Shown: positions 11,725 through 25,662, counted from the stretch's first letter. The stretch is DNA of 64,000 nucleotides from Octopus sinensis (GCF_006345805.1 NC_042997.1:126604001-126668000), one strand, 5' to 3'. Notes: generated by a model not told the origin, from the sequence alone. Numbers and translations are program-made.

Positions 11725-11850
11725 CAGTAGAACCTCGGTTTACGAATGCCTCTAATCATGAATAAATCATGCTTTATATATATCTATATCTATCTATATA
11801 TATTTAAAGCACAATTTATTTTTGATCAGAGTTGTTCGAGTACTACTGTA
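11723..11850. mobile_element. Short pogo/Tigger-like MITE
   Basis: Imperfect TIRs tacagtagaacctcg / cgagtactactgta, in a TA context. Confidence 0.5.
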
Positions 11851-11871
11851 TATATATATATACATATATAT

Positions 11872-12305
11872 ACTAGCAGTATAGCCCGGCGTTGCTCGAG
11901 TTTCTTTTTTAGTTGCGCTTAAAACGGCAAACTTTGACGTCGCGTTAACAAAGTTTTGACACAGGTTCAGTCTTTTTTGGAAAGTAAAAATTTTGCATTA
12001 TATAGCTTGTTATTCTCTTTAAGTGAACATTTTTCTGGTTGAAATACATAAAAAAAAGGCGACATAGCAGTCAAAAAATCATAAAAATAGGGATCTTCAT
12101 AGAAAAAAAAGCACCTTTTTGATGTAAATAGTTTTTGGCCTTAACATGGTCCGATTTGAAATTTTTCTTCTATGGAATAAAAAGCAATCCTTCTTCTATC
12201 CTACTTTCAATTTTGGTCGACTTGTGCCGCAGGGTCTCGGAGGAGATAGTGTTAGTTGAAGGCTACCAAACCTGCCACACACACACAGACAACTTCAGCT
12301 TTATA
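11872..12305 (+). mobile_element. Non-autonomous Helitron-like element
   Basis: 5' actagcagtatagcccggcgttgctcg and 3' acacacagacaacttcagctttatatat resemble the ends of non-autonomous insect Helitrons; inserted in (TA)n. Confidence 0.6.
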
Positions 12306-12509
12306 TATATATATTTGTATATATATGACAAGCTTCTTTCAGTTTCCATCCAGCAAATCCATTCACAAGATTGTGGTCAGCCCAGCAGTAAAAGGCTTTT
12401 GACCAAGGCACTGCACTGTGGGACTGAACCAAAAATCACATGGTTGAAAAGCAAGCTTGTTATGCCTGCAAAGTAATCCAACAAGTGCTGAAAGTGGTTG
12501 TAATGAATG

Positions 12510-12880
12510 TGTAACAAACAGTTATTGGAAGGAATTAGTGGGAAATGTTCAGGAAGTCATCACTTGTGTTTGGAACCAAAGGTCTTTTTTCCATACATGT
12601 ATAAAGACTGTATGAAGACATACATGAAGTGTGTATGAAACATATGAGTGATGCTACATGTTAGTGAGACGTGGTCACGAGTAGGTGTTAAATGTGAGAG
12701 ATCTGTGGAGGCTGAAAAGAAATGTCGGATGTAAAATATTAATGTGAGATGAGAAGGCGATTATGTGTTAAAGATTCATTGAAATATAATGGTGGAGAGT
12801 GATACAACAGCAAATATCGGGGGATAACTCTGTAAAAGATATGAGTTGGTGGTGCTATGCAAGAGCAAATGTAGACATGA
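12510..12880 (+). mobile_element. Highly decayed RTE-type LINE fragment
   Basis: Broken motifs resembling KG..YK.C...MLH.SETW and DLWRLKRN. Confidence 0.45.
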
Positions 12881-12968
12881 TTAGAAGGGGAACATTAACA
12901 AAATACATTTAGACACTATTCAGGAGACTGAACACATAATACAGAACATACACAGAAGGCTGTACATA

Positions 12969-13383
12969 AGGCATGAGCTGGCAGAAATGTTAGCACACTG
13001 GGTGAAATGCTTAGCCGTATTTTGTCTGTCTTTACTTTCTGAGTTCAAATTCTGCTGACGTCGACTTTGCCTTTCATCCTTTCGGGGTCGATTAAATAAG
13101 TACCAGTTACGCACTGGGCTCAATATAATAAACTTAATCTGTTTGTTTGTCCTTGTTTGTCCCCTCTGTGTTTATCCCCTTGTGGGTAGTAAAGAAATAA
13201 GTATTTCATCTGTCTTTATGTTCTGAGTTCAAATTCCACTGAGGTCGACTTTGCCTTTCATCCTTTTGGGGTCGATAAATTAAGTACTAGTTACGCACTG
13301 GGGCCGATGTAATCGACTTAATCCCTTTGTCTGTCCTTGTTTGTTCCCTCTATGTTTAGCCCCTTGTGGGCAATAAAGAAATA
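12969..13383 (+). mobile_element. Tandem-dimer tRNA-headed SINE (ttgcctttcatcctttcggggtcgat core) with 15-bp TSD
   Basis: Two tandem bodies (12969-13199 and 13200-13383); TSD agaaggctgtacata at 12954-12968 and 13384-13398. The core resembles Meta/Sauria-type SINE central domains (recalled, unverified). Confidence 0.88.
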
Positions 13384-13899
13384 AGAAGGCTGTACATATA
13401 GACCCTTCTACATACATACATACATAAATAGACAATGCTGTATATACACAAACTACAGGGTGTACATAAGCAGACCACTGTACATACACACATACAATAC
13501 TGTACATTGAACTTACACAGATAATACTGCATATGTACACATTGATGTATGTATACACACACACACATATACACACATAATCTATATAGGTCACTGTTTG
13601 CAACTGTCCATAGATTACATTGTTCATATGCATACTACTGTACATATATACACTACTATATCTAGACAGGCTCACACAGGATGTTGACGACACACAGATG
13701 AGTGTACATACACAAGACTGCATACATAGAAAATTCTGTACATAATCACTCATAGAAGACTGTACATACACACAGAAGTGTATAGGTTTTTTGGCTAATG
13801 GAGGAAAAAAAGGGTTGATTTGCATGAAATATTACACTGATGGAAACACAAACAGCAATTTCTAATAAAAAGTCTTTTTTATCAAATGACGTTACGCAG

Positions 13900-14330
13900 T
13901 GCAAACTAGACAACATGCAACTTGAAAGAAATATTGTTTTCTGCCTTTCTTAACAGCAAAAATATCAATTATTTGGTCGACATTTTTTGCCAACAGACAT
14001 GTTGACACACTTTTGATCAATATCTAATATTGGTACTCTGTATAATGAAGTTTGACCTTTTGTACTCCTCATATATGTCTTCAGTGAAGTGTGGTCTCTG
14101 AATGGGTGTTCTGAAAGTACTTGAAACAGCAAGAATTGTTGCCAACATACAAATGATTTTGTTCAAGACTGGTAATACATTGTGGATATAAACTTTGTAG
14201 ACAGGTGCTGTTCGCTGCTAGTGAATTTTTGATGACTACATATTATGGTCTGTGACAAACCTTGTCAAGATTTCCTGTTCTGTCTTAAGAAGATCCAGGT
14301 CAACATCTTTATATAATGCTACAAGTTGAT
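13900..14330 (-). mobile_element. Fossil hAT transposase, C-terminal dimerisation-domain fragment
   Basis: Frameshifted minus-strand peptides SLYP..., SEHPFRDHTSLKTYMRSTKGQ...ILDI and NVDQIIDIFAVKKGRK resemble SERSFS.LRRLKTYLRSTMGQ and LDLDEIIDIFA.KK. Confidence 0.65.
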
Positions 14331-14399
14331 AGTACTTATATATGTTATCTGAAATATATTATCGTCATCGTTGTCATTGTCATCCTCCTTGTCATCACC

Positions 14400-14636
14400 A
14401 TTGTCACCCCCGCACCACCACCACCTCCACTAACACCACCACCACCACCACCACCACTAAAACCACCACCAAAACCACCACCAAAGCCACCACCATCACC
14501 ACCACAACCACCGCCGCCACAACCACCACCGCCGCCACCACCACCACCACCACCACCACCACCACCCACCACCACCACCACCACCACCACCACCTCCACC
14601 ACCACCACCTCCACCATCACCACCACCACCAATACC
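14400..14636. repeat. (CCA)n microsatellite
   Basis: Seen directly. Confidence 0.95.
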
Positions 14637-14904
14637 ACTTTTTAACATTCACTTTCTCATGTCTATCCTGGTCACATGAAATTTGTTGAGGCAGAATTTT
14701 TACAGCCTGATACTCTTTCTATCACCAACTCTCACCTGTTTTCAAGCAAGGTAATACCTCTCATGGTTAGACAAGTTTTTCATGGAAGACTTCAAATGAA
14801 ACAACCCTGCTTGTATGACAATGATACTCATTTGCAATCATCACATGATGTCTAAACAAGGGTACATACAAACACATATGCCACACACGTACATACTTAT
14901 ACAC

Positions 14905-15310
14905 ATACTCTTTTAGTTGTTTCAGTCATTTGACTGTGGCCATGCTGGAGCACCACCTTTTAGTCGAGTAAATCAACCCCAGGACTTTTCTTGGTAAGCC
15001 TAGTACTTATTCTATCAGACTCTTTAGCTGAATCGCTAAGTTATGGGGATGTAAACACATCAGCATCGGTTGTTAAGCGATGTTGAGGGGACAAACACAA
15101 ACACATAAGCACACACACACATATATATATACATATACATATATACAACAGGCTTCTTTCAGTTTCTGTCTACCAAATCCACTGACAAGGGTTTGGTCAG
15201 CACGAGGCTATAGTAGAAGACACTTTGTCCAAGGTGCCATGCAGTGGGACTGAACCCGGAACCATATGGTTGGTAAGCAAGCTACTTACCACACAGCCAC
15301 TCCTGTGCCT
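14905..15310 (-). mobile_element. CORE-type tRNA SINE with central microsatellite (octopus OR-like)
   Basis: Head ggagtggctgtgtggtaag...ggttcagtcccactg, CORE-like ccttgggcaagtgtctt, central (TA/TG)n, 3' segment ending caaatgactgaaacaagtaaaagag. Exact family name not verified. Confidence 0.85.
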
Positions 15311-15679
15311 ATATACACATATATGTATTACACCCCCCCCACACACACACAACATTACAAGATTCTTTCAGTTTCCTTTAAATCCACTCACAAGGCTTTG
15401 GTCAGCGTGAGGCTATTGTAGTAGACATCTGCACAAGGTGCTGCACTGTGAGACTGAACTCAAGACTGCATGGTTAGTAAACCAGCTTCTTAACCACACA
15501 GCCTTGTCTGTGCCTAGGTGGATATGTGTTTAGCAGTCTTTGGCTGTTTCATCTCATGGCACTTCTGTTTCTGATTCATTAACCAGTAATTCCAATTGAT
15601 AAGAAACATTTTTTTCTCCATAAAACTGTGTCTACATTTAACCCTTCAGCATTCGGATTACTCTGTCAAATGTAATGCT

Positions 15680-15919
15680 TTGTGCTGGTGATATATAAAA
15701 AGGCACCCATGCCAGTGGCACATGAAAGGCACACGTGCCAGACACATAAAAGTCAGCTAGTACATTCTGTAGAATGATTGATGTTAGGAAGGTCATCCAG
15801 CCATAGAAACCAAGTCAAAACAGGCTGGAGCCTGGTTTAGCTCTCTGACTTACCAGCTACAGTCAAGCCTTCTAACCCATGCCAGCATGTAAAATGGACT
15901 TTAAATGATAACGATGATT

Positions 15920-15981
<62 letters not shown>

Positions 15982-16003
15982 AATGATGATGATGATGATG
16001 ATT
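15680..16003 (+). mobile_element. (GAT)n-tailed SINE-like element with long (GAT)n tail
   Basis: aggaaggtcatccagccatagaaac...aacccatgccagcatg...(GAT)n. Confidence 0.8.
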
Positions 16004-16189
16004 GTTTTGAATTAATCATGCATTATCTTGTAGCTTTAAGAATTTGATGATGTGATTGTACATTTTTAGAATGACATTGTAGCTAAGTTTAAAAAGTTGA
16101 ATTTACATAAAATGTAAAATATTTAGGCCAGATATGGCTTGGTTTAAATGCTAGAGGGTTAAGGTGAACCATGTGTCATGGAGGATTTC

Positions 16190-16770
16190 TTTGGTAGTTT
16201 TCCCCCTAACATCTCAGAGTATTTCCAAATGCTTTCAAAGTTCACTTTATTTCTGTAGTCAGTGAGAATTTCCTTCATTACTGTAGCAGTTCTTGCTCTT
16301 ATAACTGCAATCTTTCCCTGCAGCTATTTACAGGGGATGTTTGTATTTGACAATATTATTCTCATAGCACAACCAATCCAATTAAGAAGCCAAAACTGTA
16401 AATGGCATTCAATAATGCCCTGCTGTTTGTATTGTCTTAGGGTCTTGATCATTTGTTGAGCCAAGCTATACCTTTATGATATTATGTAATTGCTCTATTA
16501 TAGCCTACACTTCTTCATTTCTCCAACCATTTTGTAACATTCTGAGATTTAAGTGTTTATATAATTTGTCCATCAAAGGCTGTGATGCTTTTAAAGCATG
16601 CATACTATTTGGGATTAGCTTGCAAAAAGTTGTAGAGGATCTAGATAATTCCCTAGAACATTGGGGGAGTGGTTCAGTATTGATTTTAGAGGTGCCTATA
16701 ACAATGTATATTGATGTCAAATGAAGGTAAACCTTTAACTCATGTTGCAAAACCTCTATGAACACAATTT
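16190..16770 (-). mobile_element. Fossil hAT transposase, central fragment
   Basis: With frameshifts: DQDPKTIQTA / ALLNAIYSFGFLIGLVVL / IILSNTNIPCK*LQGKI...LTDYRNKVNFESIWKY, the helical pattern of ZMYM1/Tip100-type hAT transposases. Confidence 0.65.
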
Positions 16771-16772
16771 CT

Positions 16773-16945
16773 TATTTCTTTACTGCTCACAAGGGGCTAC
16801 ACACAGAGGGGACAAACAAGGACAGACAAATGGATTAAGTCGATTATATCGACCCTGGTGCTTAACTGGTACTTATTTAATCGACCCCGAAAGGATGAAA
16901 GGCAAAGTCGACCTCGGTGGAATTTGACCTCAGAATGTAGTGGCA
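16773..16945 (-). mobile_element. SINE with ttgcctttcatcc core
   Basis: Reverse complement of the 12969 family. Confidence 0.85.
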
Positions 16946-17454
16946 GCATGGACACAGTCAAATGACTGAAACAAGTAAAAGGGTTAAGTAGTAAAAGAGT
17001 AATAGCTGAGGTCTGATGCTTATGTAGATCTATGTGACTTTCAGTTCTTCTAAGAGCAAAGAATATCCTTGGACTGAAGATGTAGAAGTTTTAAAATGCT
17101 ACCATGGTTACAATCAGAAACTTCACCTGCACTATTGCAGTTCCCTGCACATCTTTGTTGAACTGTGAACAACAGAGTTTCAATCAAATTTTCACAAACT
17201 CCCAGTTCTATGCTAATTACAGCTTGTTTACAGTATTTAGTTGACATGACACCAATGTTTTGTGCTTCAGTTGACCGTTTTTTCCCTGGATCCTAGTTTA
17301 CTGATGACAAGCACTTTTGCATCAGCCTCCTGGCTTCCCAGACCCCAGTCGAACCGTGCAACCCATGCTAGCATAGAAAGAATACATTAAATGATGCTGC
17401 TGCTGCTGATGATGATGATTGTGAGCTGGCTTGTTATATTTTCCAATTTTAAAA

Positions 17455-18042
17455 TATAGAAGTGTAAGTGTAATTGTGCAGTAAGAAGTTTGCTTTCCAA
17501 CCACATGGTTCTGGGTTCAGTCCCACTGTGTGGCACCTTGAGAAGGTGTCCTGTGCGATAACTTTGGGCTGACCAAAGCCTTGGAAGCAGATTTGGCAGA
17601 TCGAAACTGAAAGAAAGTCATTGTATATACATATATATGTGTCAGTGTGTGTTTTTGTGGTTTGTGTCTGTGTTTATTCTTCACCACTGCATCACAACTG
17701 ATGTTGGTGTGTTTATGTCCTCATAGATTAGTGATTTAGCAAAAGGGACCAATAGAATAAATACCAGGTTTAAAAAAAAAAAAAAAGCAGTAGGGGCAAT
17801 TCACTTGACCCCCAAAAATCTTCATGGTGGTGCTCCAGTATGGTCACAGTCTAATGATTGAAACAAATAAAAGATAAATAGGTGCAGGCAAGGCTGTGTG
17901 GTAAGAAGCTTGCTTACCAACCACATGGTTCCGGGTTCAGTCCCACTGTGTGGCACTGTGGGTAAGTGTTTTCTACTATAGCCTTGGGCCGACCAAAGCC
18001 TTGTGAGTGGATTTGGTAGACAGAAACTGAAAGAAGCTCGTC

Positions 18043-18077
<35 letters not shown>

Positions 18078-18290
18078 GTATATGTTTGTGTGGCTGTACT
18101 TGTCCTCCCAACATCGCTTGACGACCAATACTGGTGTGTTTACGTCGCTGTAACTTAGCGGTTCGGCAAAAGAGACTGATAGAATAAGTACTAGGCTTAC
18201 AAAGAATAAGTCCTGGGGTTGATTTGCTCGACTAAAGACAATGCTCCAGCATGGTTGCTGTCAAATTACTGAAACGAATAAAAGAATAAA
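17455..18290 (+). mobile_element. Two tandem CORE-type SINE copies
   Basis: Heads at ~17460 and ~17880, each followed by CORE, a microsatellite and the 3' segment. Confidence 0.85.
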
Positions 18291-18299
18291 ATAAAATAC

Positions 18300-19030
18300 T
18301 GTATGAACACAAACCTTAACACTTGTCAATGTCATAGAACAGTCAAGGATGAAGTGTAAAATGTTCTCTCATTGAGTTTCTCATACTGGACCACATCTTG
18401 CTGAATATTTTTAGCTTATATTGTGACAAAATTGACTGAATTTAAACCATTGTTTGTGATTATGTTCTTTGCAGGCTGTGGAACCAGTCATATCCTTGGG
18501 CCACATTCATTTCATCTTCTTTTTTAGATTCAGAAGAGCCAATTTCTATAGACACTCAAGGGTATTTTTGTGATATTCTTATCATCAACGTTAACAAAGC
18601 TGTTCACATTGATGGTTTGGGAAGAATGTTTTGGCTATAGATATATCAATTATCATTCCTATCTTCATCTGACAAATTTGGCAGTTAATGTTTTCAAAAA
18701 AAAAACGTACTCAGATAAAAGTCACTGTCTGAGCAGCATAAATGGCCCTAACATGTTTTTCTTTGAAAACCAGAGTCTATTTGCTGCCATATTCTGCACA
18801 TTGATGCATAGACAATAAAACTGTTTGCATGCTTTATCATGATGAGATTTAGTATGTTCAATTTGGATTTGGTGTTTGACAAGAACATAACATGCAATGG
18901 GAAGAATAACATTTCTATAAATAAATTTCAAAGTGAGAGTGTTCAGCTTTCCATTTCTGAAAGCCATACAAACAATGTTACATCAAAGACTAAATATAAA
19001 AAGATTGAAAAACTTCAGGATTTCCCATGA
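18300..19030 (-). mobile_element. Probable fossil hAT N-terminal region
   Basis: Broken motifs YGFQKWKA, HTKSHHDKA and LHFILDCSM resemble GF.NWK, HE.S..H and FSIILDCT.D; collinear with the other hAT fragments. Confidence 0.4.
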
Positions 19031-20129
19031 ATAAAAATAAGAGTGTAACAAGGGAGTTAACTTGCAGAAATATGTGCATTGGGTTAATTTCTCTAATCTT
19101 GAAAAGAATTAATTTAGATAAATTTAAGGAGGTTGTTAAGCATGAATTTTTGTTGATTATTAGCCAGAATTAATTTGACTTCATTATTAACCTTGTTAAT
19201 TTGATAATCTTTTTTATTTTTCTGTCTGATTTTTTATCATTTTAATTTCCTTTTTTTTTTCTGAAATTTTCCTATCTTTTTGCTTGAAAACTAAAGAAGG
19301 CATTTTCACCCTTCCTTCCTTGATTTGTATGTCCATGTATGCAGAAACTCATGTACAACCAACTGTACATACAGAAACTACTGTACATGTACAATCCGCA
19401 AAAAACAATCATCATCATCATAATAATAATAATCATCATCATCATCAACAAAATAAAACAAATGGGTACACACATTTCCATATACACTCAAAAGACTATA
19501 TACACACTGACTACAACACATATAGAATACTGTACATAAAATACTACACACAGACTACAGATGCATATAGAAGACTGCATGCACACACACAAGACTGTAC
19601 AACTATACACATACAGATGTGTAGACACACAAAATAATGTGTATGTGTGTGTGTATATAAGACTGTTCATATAGTAAACTGTACACACACAGACTTTTGT
19701 ACTCTCACAAAAGTGTGTACATACTTCACATACACTGAAGAGTGTACATATATAGAAAACAGTACCTACATACAAAACTGTATATAGTCTAAATATACAG
19801 AGAAGACGGTACTCATATTTGGAGCTTTTGGAAACCATTTTTTTTCATGCTCAGAATTGTTGACATATGGCATAAAGTGCTTGCAACATTTGTTTGCTGC
19901 ACACTACAATGTCCAAAAATTCCATGCTTACTGAAATTCATGAAACTTACTCCTGGCATACTCACACATCACTTTCCTTTTTATGACTCTTCACTTCTCT
20001 GTCTTCACGTGTATTACATATGTGCTTTTGATTACCACTGCTGTCTTTCTTTACTTGACTCATTACTCCTTTCTATTCCCTCTTTTACCCTTATCAGATA
20101 TGTTCTAGTGTACACGCAAGTGAGACCAT

Positions 20130-20718
20130 AACCTTGTGGCCTATGCCAGGGGTGTAACCAGTCCATTTATGTGTACCTTTCCTTCATTGGACACTAAACT
20201 CTGCTTGCGAAGACCTGTTGACGCAAGTGAAATCGAATTGAAATTCGATGACTGGCATCCATGCTAGTGGAGCGCTAAGAGTACCACACGAGCGTGATCA
20301 TTACCAGAGCAACAACCTGGCCTCCGTGTCGGTGGCACGTAAAAAGCACCATTCAAGCATGATCGTTACCTGTGTTGCCTTACTGGCACTTGTGCTGGTG
20401 GTACATGAAAAAACATTTGAGTGAGGTCATTGCCAGTGCTACTGGACTGGCTCCTGTGCAGGTGGCACATAAAAAACACCATTTGAGCGTGACCGTTGCC
20501 AGTACTGCCTGACTGGTCCTCGTGCCGGTGGCATGTAAAAGCACCCACTACACTCTCAGAGTGGTTGGTGATAGGAAGGGCATCCAGCTGTTGAAACTCT
20601 GCCAGATCAAGACTGGAGTCTGGTGCTGCCATCTGGTTTACCAGTCCTCAGTCAAATCGTCCAACCCATGCTAGCATGGAAAGTGGACATTAAATGGTGA
20701 TGATGATGATGATGATGA
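20130..20718 (+). mobile_element. Near full-length (GAT)n-tailed SINE-like element with internal ~62-66-bp tandem units
   Basis: Unique 5' region, then repeated gtgccggtggcacgtaaaaagcacc units, then the conserved 3' tail and (GAT)n. Confidence 0.85.
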
Positions 20719-21204
20719 GCTCCTTATTATCATACAGATTAATGTACACCAGTGGTTTTCAAGCAAGGTCCATATGACACTTGGAGGTTCATATAAAACT
20801 TTCAGGGGACCATGCGAGCAAGATAGCAAATTGGGAATTGGCAGTAGTATTCTAAGTGTTCGACTGACTGAAACCATGATCGTGGACAATACCAGAGCCA
20901 CTGACTGGCAACCATGCCGGTGGCATGTAAAACACACCATTCATGCATTGGACCTCATGGAGGCAGTGATGTCAAGCTGAGTGAAATCGTAGTCATGGCT
21001 GATGTTAGTGTCTCATAACTGGCCTGTTAAAAGTGCCCTTCAATCATTGTGCTTGTGAAGACCTGTTGAACTGAATTAAATTGTAGTTGTGGATGATGCC
21101 AGTGCCATCTGACTGGCACCCATACTGGTGGCATGTAAAAAGCCCCATTTGAGCATTGGGCCTCATGGATGCAGTGACAGGTGACCAAGATCCTTGGCAA
21201 TATA

Positions 21205-21440
21205 CCTATTTCTTTACTACCCACAAGGGCCTAAACACAGAGAGGACAAACAAGGACAGACAAACGGATTAAGTCGATTATATCGACCCCAGTGCATAAC
21301 TGGTACTTATTTAATCGACCCCGAAAGGATGAAAGGCAAAGTCGACCTCAGCGGAATTTGAACTCAGAACGTAGAGGCTGACGAAATACCACTAAGCATT
21401 TCGTCCGGCATGCTAACGTTTCTGCCAGCTCGTCGCCTTA
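21205..21440 (-). mobile_element. SINE with ttgcctttcatcc core, nested in a (GAT)n-type element (~20860-21785)
   Basis: Family match; the host element resumes at ~21460 and ends in (GAT)n at 21672-21781. Confidence 0.8.
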
Positions 21441-21701
21441 GCAATATACCATGCTTGCATTGACCTATCAAGTTAAGTGAGATCATAGTTGTGGCCGGAG
21501 TTAGGTCAATGGCACACAAAAAGCACCCACTACACTCTTGGAGCGTTTGGTGTTAGGAAGGGCATCAAGTTGTAGAAACCTTGCCAAATCAGATTGGAAC
21601 CTGGTGCAGCCCTCAAGCTTATCAGTTCTCAAACTGTCCAACCCATGCCAGCATGGAAAGCGGACGTTAAACGATGATGATGATGATGATGATGATGATG
21701 A

Positions 21702-21743
<42 letters not shown>

Positions 21744-22254
21744 AACGATGATGATGATGGTGATGATGATGATGATGATGAATGAAAAAAAATTTTGTTT
21801 CAGATGAATTTATTGCAAGAAACAGTTAGGTTTCTTTCTCCAACGTTTTACATAGTTCAACCTACACAAGTGAATATGTGAAAAACAAAATAGGAATTTC
21901 GAAAGAAATATCTATAAAAACTACTTTTTAAACATCGAATGCCGATGGGGGTCCACCAGAATAAAATAGTAATCAATTGGGGTTCATAGATAAAATATGG
22001 TTGAGAATTACTGATGTATACATACGGACTACTGCATATACACGGTTGACTGTACATACAGATTACATAAAAGACTGTACATATTAGACTACTGTACACA
22101 CATACACATGACGTACTGTATACACACAGAAAAGACTGTTAATATACAATGTTTAGTGTGTGAGTATAATAGTAATTTACATTGTAGACTGTACAAACAC
22201 AAGACTACTGCTTATGCACAAAAGGCTGAACATATTGTCTCTTCCTCCTCCTTT

Positions 22255-22436
22255 GGGCACGGACATGGCTGTGAGGGTTGCTTCCCAACCACATGGTCCT
22301 GGGTTCAGTCCCACTGTGTGACACCTTGGCCAAATGTCTTCTGCTATTGCCTCAGGCTGACCAAAGCCTTGTGAGTGAATTTAGTAAATAGAAACTAATA
22401 AAATCCTGTCATATTCATATATACATGTGTAATACA

Positions 22437-22475
<39 letters not shown>

Positions 22476-22750
22476 TTACATACACACACACACACATACA
22501 TATATATATGTATGCGTGTGTATGTGTCTTTGTATCTGTGTTTGTACTGTGTTTGTACCCCACCACCACTTGTGAACCAGTGCTGGTGTGTTTATGTCCC
22601 CTGTAACTTAATTAGCAGTTTAGCAAAAGGCTCTGATATATTAAGTACCAGCCTTAACAAAAATAAGTACTGGGGTTGATTGGTTCAACTAAAAATTCTT
22701 CAAGGTGGTGCCCCAGCATGGCCACAGTCTCATGACTGAAACAAGTAAAA
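22255..22750 (+). mobile_element. CORE-type SINE
   Basis: Family match. Confidence 0.8.
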
Positions 22751-22924
22751 AGATAAACAGTAAACAATCCAGAGGACCTCAGTCTCCTTGTTTGCACACT
22801 ACTTCTGCTTCCTCCTCTTGCATCCAGTTTTTGTCTCATCATATTTGTGCTCCATCATTAAACACACTAACATTTTACATCTTGTAGAGTAGGTACACTT
22901 TATACCTTAAATAAAAAATAAATG

Positions 22925-23168
22925 TTCCTTCTCGAGCCATGTCAAGCTCATAAGGGCCAGTTTCCCAGTTTCAGTAGTGTAGAAATTCCCCACCTGGACA
23001 GGACGCTGGTCCGTCACAGGATTACTCACTTTGCCAGATTAGTAGACTGGAGCAACATGAAATGAAGTATTTTGCTCAAGAACACAACACATTGCCCGGT
23101 CCAGGAATCGAAACCACAACCTTACAATCATAAGTTCAACACCCTAACCACTAAGCCACGTGCATCCA
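22925..23168 (-). mobile_element. tRNA-headed SINE (gtgttcttgagcaa type)
   Basis: Minus-strand A box tggcttagtggtt and B box ggtttcgattcc. Confidence 0.75.
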
Positions 23169-24506
23169 CTACTTTATACCTTACCAGCCATTATACACAC
23201 TTTGTATTCAGTGCTGGTGTTTCACTGCCCTGCAGTATTACACTTTGCACACAAGCATCATATATTCTGCCTTTCACTTGGAGAAAGAATCCCTTTATTC
23301 TCAGCTTCTTAACCCTTTAGCATTTAAACTGGCCATATAAGGCCCAAATATTCTGTGTTTTATGCTAAAACTAACTAGTTCAGGCCTCTCACACCTACCT
23401 TGCAATGTCTTTCTGAAAATAAACAATCATATCATCGAAATATCAATACTTGAAGATAATACAGGATTAATTTTATAAATCATCGTCATTTCATTGTTCA
23501 ATGTCTGCTTTCCATGTTGGCATGGGTTGAATGGTTTGACCAGGGTGAACTAAGGGGTTGCACCAGGCCCCAATCTGATTTGGCACTGTTTTTACAGTTG
23601 GATACCCTTCCTAATGCCAACCAATCCAAGAGTGTAATGGGTGCTTTTACATGCCACTGGCATGAGTGTCTGTTGCATAACACCAGTATCTGCTGCAACT
23701 ATGATTTTACTTGGCTTGAAGGGTCTTCTATTCAAGCACAGCATATTGCTGAGAATAAATAAATATTAAATTTGACAGAGTAATCTGAATACTAAGACTT
23801 AAACTGTTTCTATTCCATCCTCATCCCAGCTACTGTTGGAGTACTCACCTCCGCTGCTAATTAAGTCACTTAAGTACTATCATCTAAGAGGGATCCTTTA
23901 TAGTGTCTGATAAAAATTTATTCTACTGGAGTGGCTGTGTGGTAAGTAGCTTGCTTACCAACCACATAGTTCCAGGTTCAGTTTCACTGCATGGCAACTT
24001 GGGAAAGTGTCTTTTACTATAGCCTTTGGCCGATCTATGCCTTGTGAGTGGATTTGGTAGATGGTATGGTTGCCAGTCGGATGGTACTGGCATCGTTCAT
24101 GACTATGATTTCACTCAATTGAACACAAAGAATATATATTTGTATGTGTGTGTTTATGTCTTTGTTTGTCCTCCCCTCCCCACCATTGCTTGACAGCTGA
24201 TGTTGGTGTGTTTACATTCCCGTAACTTGGCAGTTCGGCAAAAGAGACTGACGGAATAAGTACTAGGCTTACAAGAATAAGTCCTGGGGTCAATTTGCTC
24301 GACTAAAAGGTGGCGTTCCAGCATGGCCGTAGTCAAATGACTGAAACAAGTAAAAGAGTAAAAGGTGCTTTTACTGCTTGTTATTCCTGTACATCTATCA
24401 CATAAAACCACTTCTGTCTCTGTTGTCTTGCCTGTAGCACTGTACGTGCACTAAAACCTAAAGATGATACGACACAGACACACACACATGCAGAATAATG
24501 TACAAC

Positions 24507-24737
24507 GACGTGGAGCTGGCAGAAATGTTAGCAAGCCGGTAGAAATGATTAGCCGTATTTCTTCTGCCGTTACGTTCTGAGTTCAAATTCCACCGAGGTT
24601 GACTTTACTTTTCATCCTTTCGGAGTCGATTAAATAAGTACCACTTATGCACTTGGGTCGATATAATCGGCTTAATCCCTTTGTCTGTCCTTGTTTGTCC
24701 CCTCTGTGTTTAGCCCCTTGTGGGTAATAAAGAAATA
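24507..24737 (+). mobile_element. SINE with ttgcctttcatcc core and 15-bp TSD
   Basis: TSD agaataatgtacaac at 24492-24506 and 24738-24752. Confidence 0.9.
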
Positions 24738-25029
24738 AGAATAATGTACAACCACAGACTACTGCTTGGATACAGCAGTTGACACATACATGGAACATGG
24801 CTGTGTGGTTAAGAAGCTTGCTTTGCAGCCATGCAGTTTTGGGGTTCAGTCTCACTATACAGCACCATGGGCAAGTGTCTTCTACTATACTCTGGGTTAA
24901 CTAATGCCTTATGAGTGAATTTGGTATTCATACACACACACATACACCATCATCATTATCATCATCATCATTTAACTTCTGTTCTCCATGCTGGCACGGC
25001 ATGGTATGTATGTATGAATGTATGTATAC

Positions 25030-25662
<633 letters not shown>

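Noticed and set aside
14316-14689. Pro/Thr/His/Gly-rich ORFs
   Set aside because: Translations of a (CCA)n microsatellite. The same applies to the poly-YI, HT, CV, D/M and SIHP ORFs throughout the track.
18839-19030. 63-aa + strand ORF
   Set aside because: No recognisable domain; lies antisense to the probable hAT remnant.
20330-20560. CRISPR-like array (hairpin repeat plus spacers), also at 34507-34932 and 63480-63750
   Set aside because: The spacers are homologous to each other, the arrays sit inside a multicopy eukaryotic retroposon, and there are no cas genes; this is an internal VNTR.
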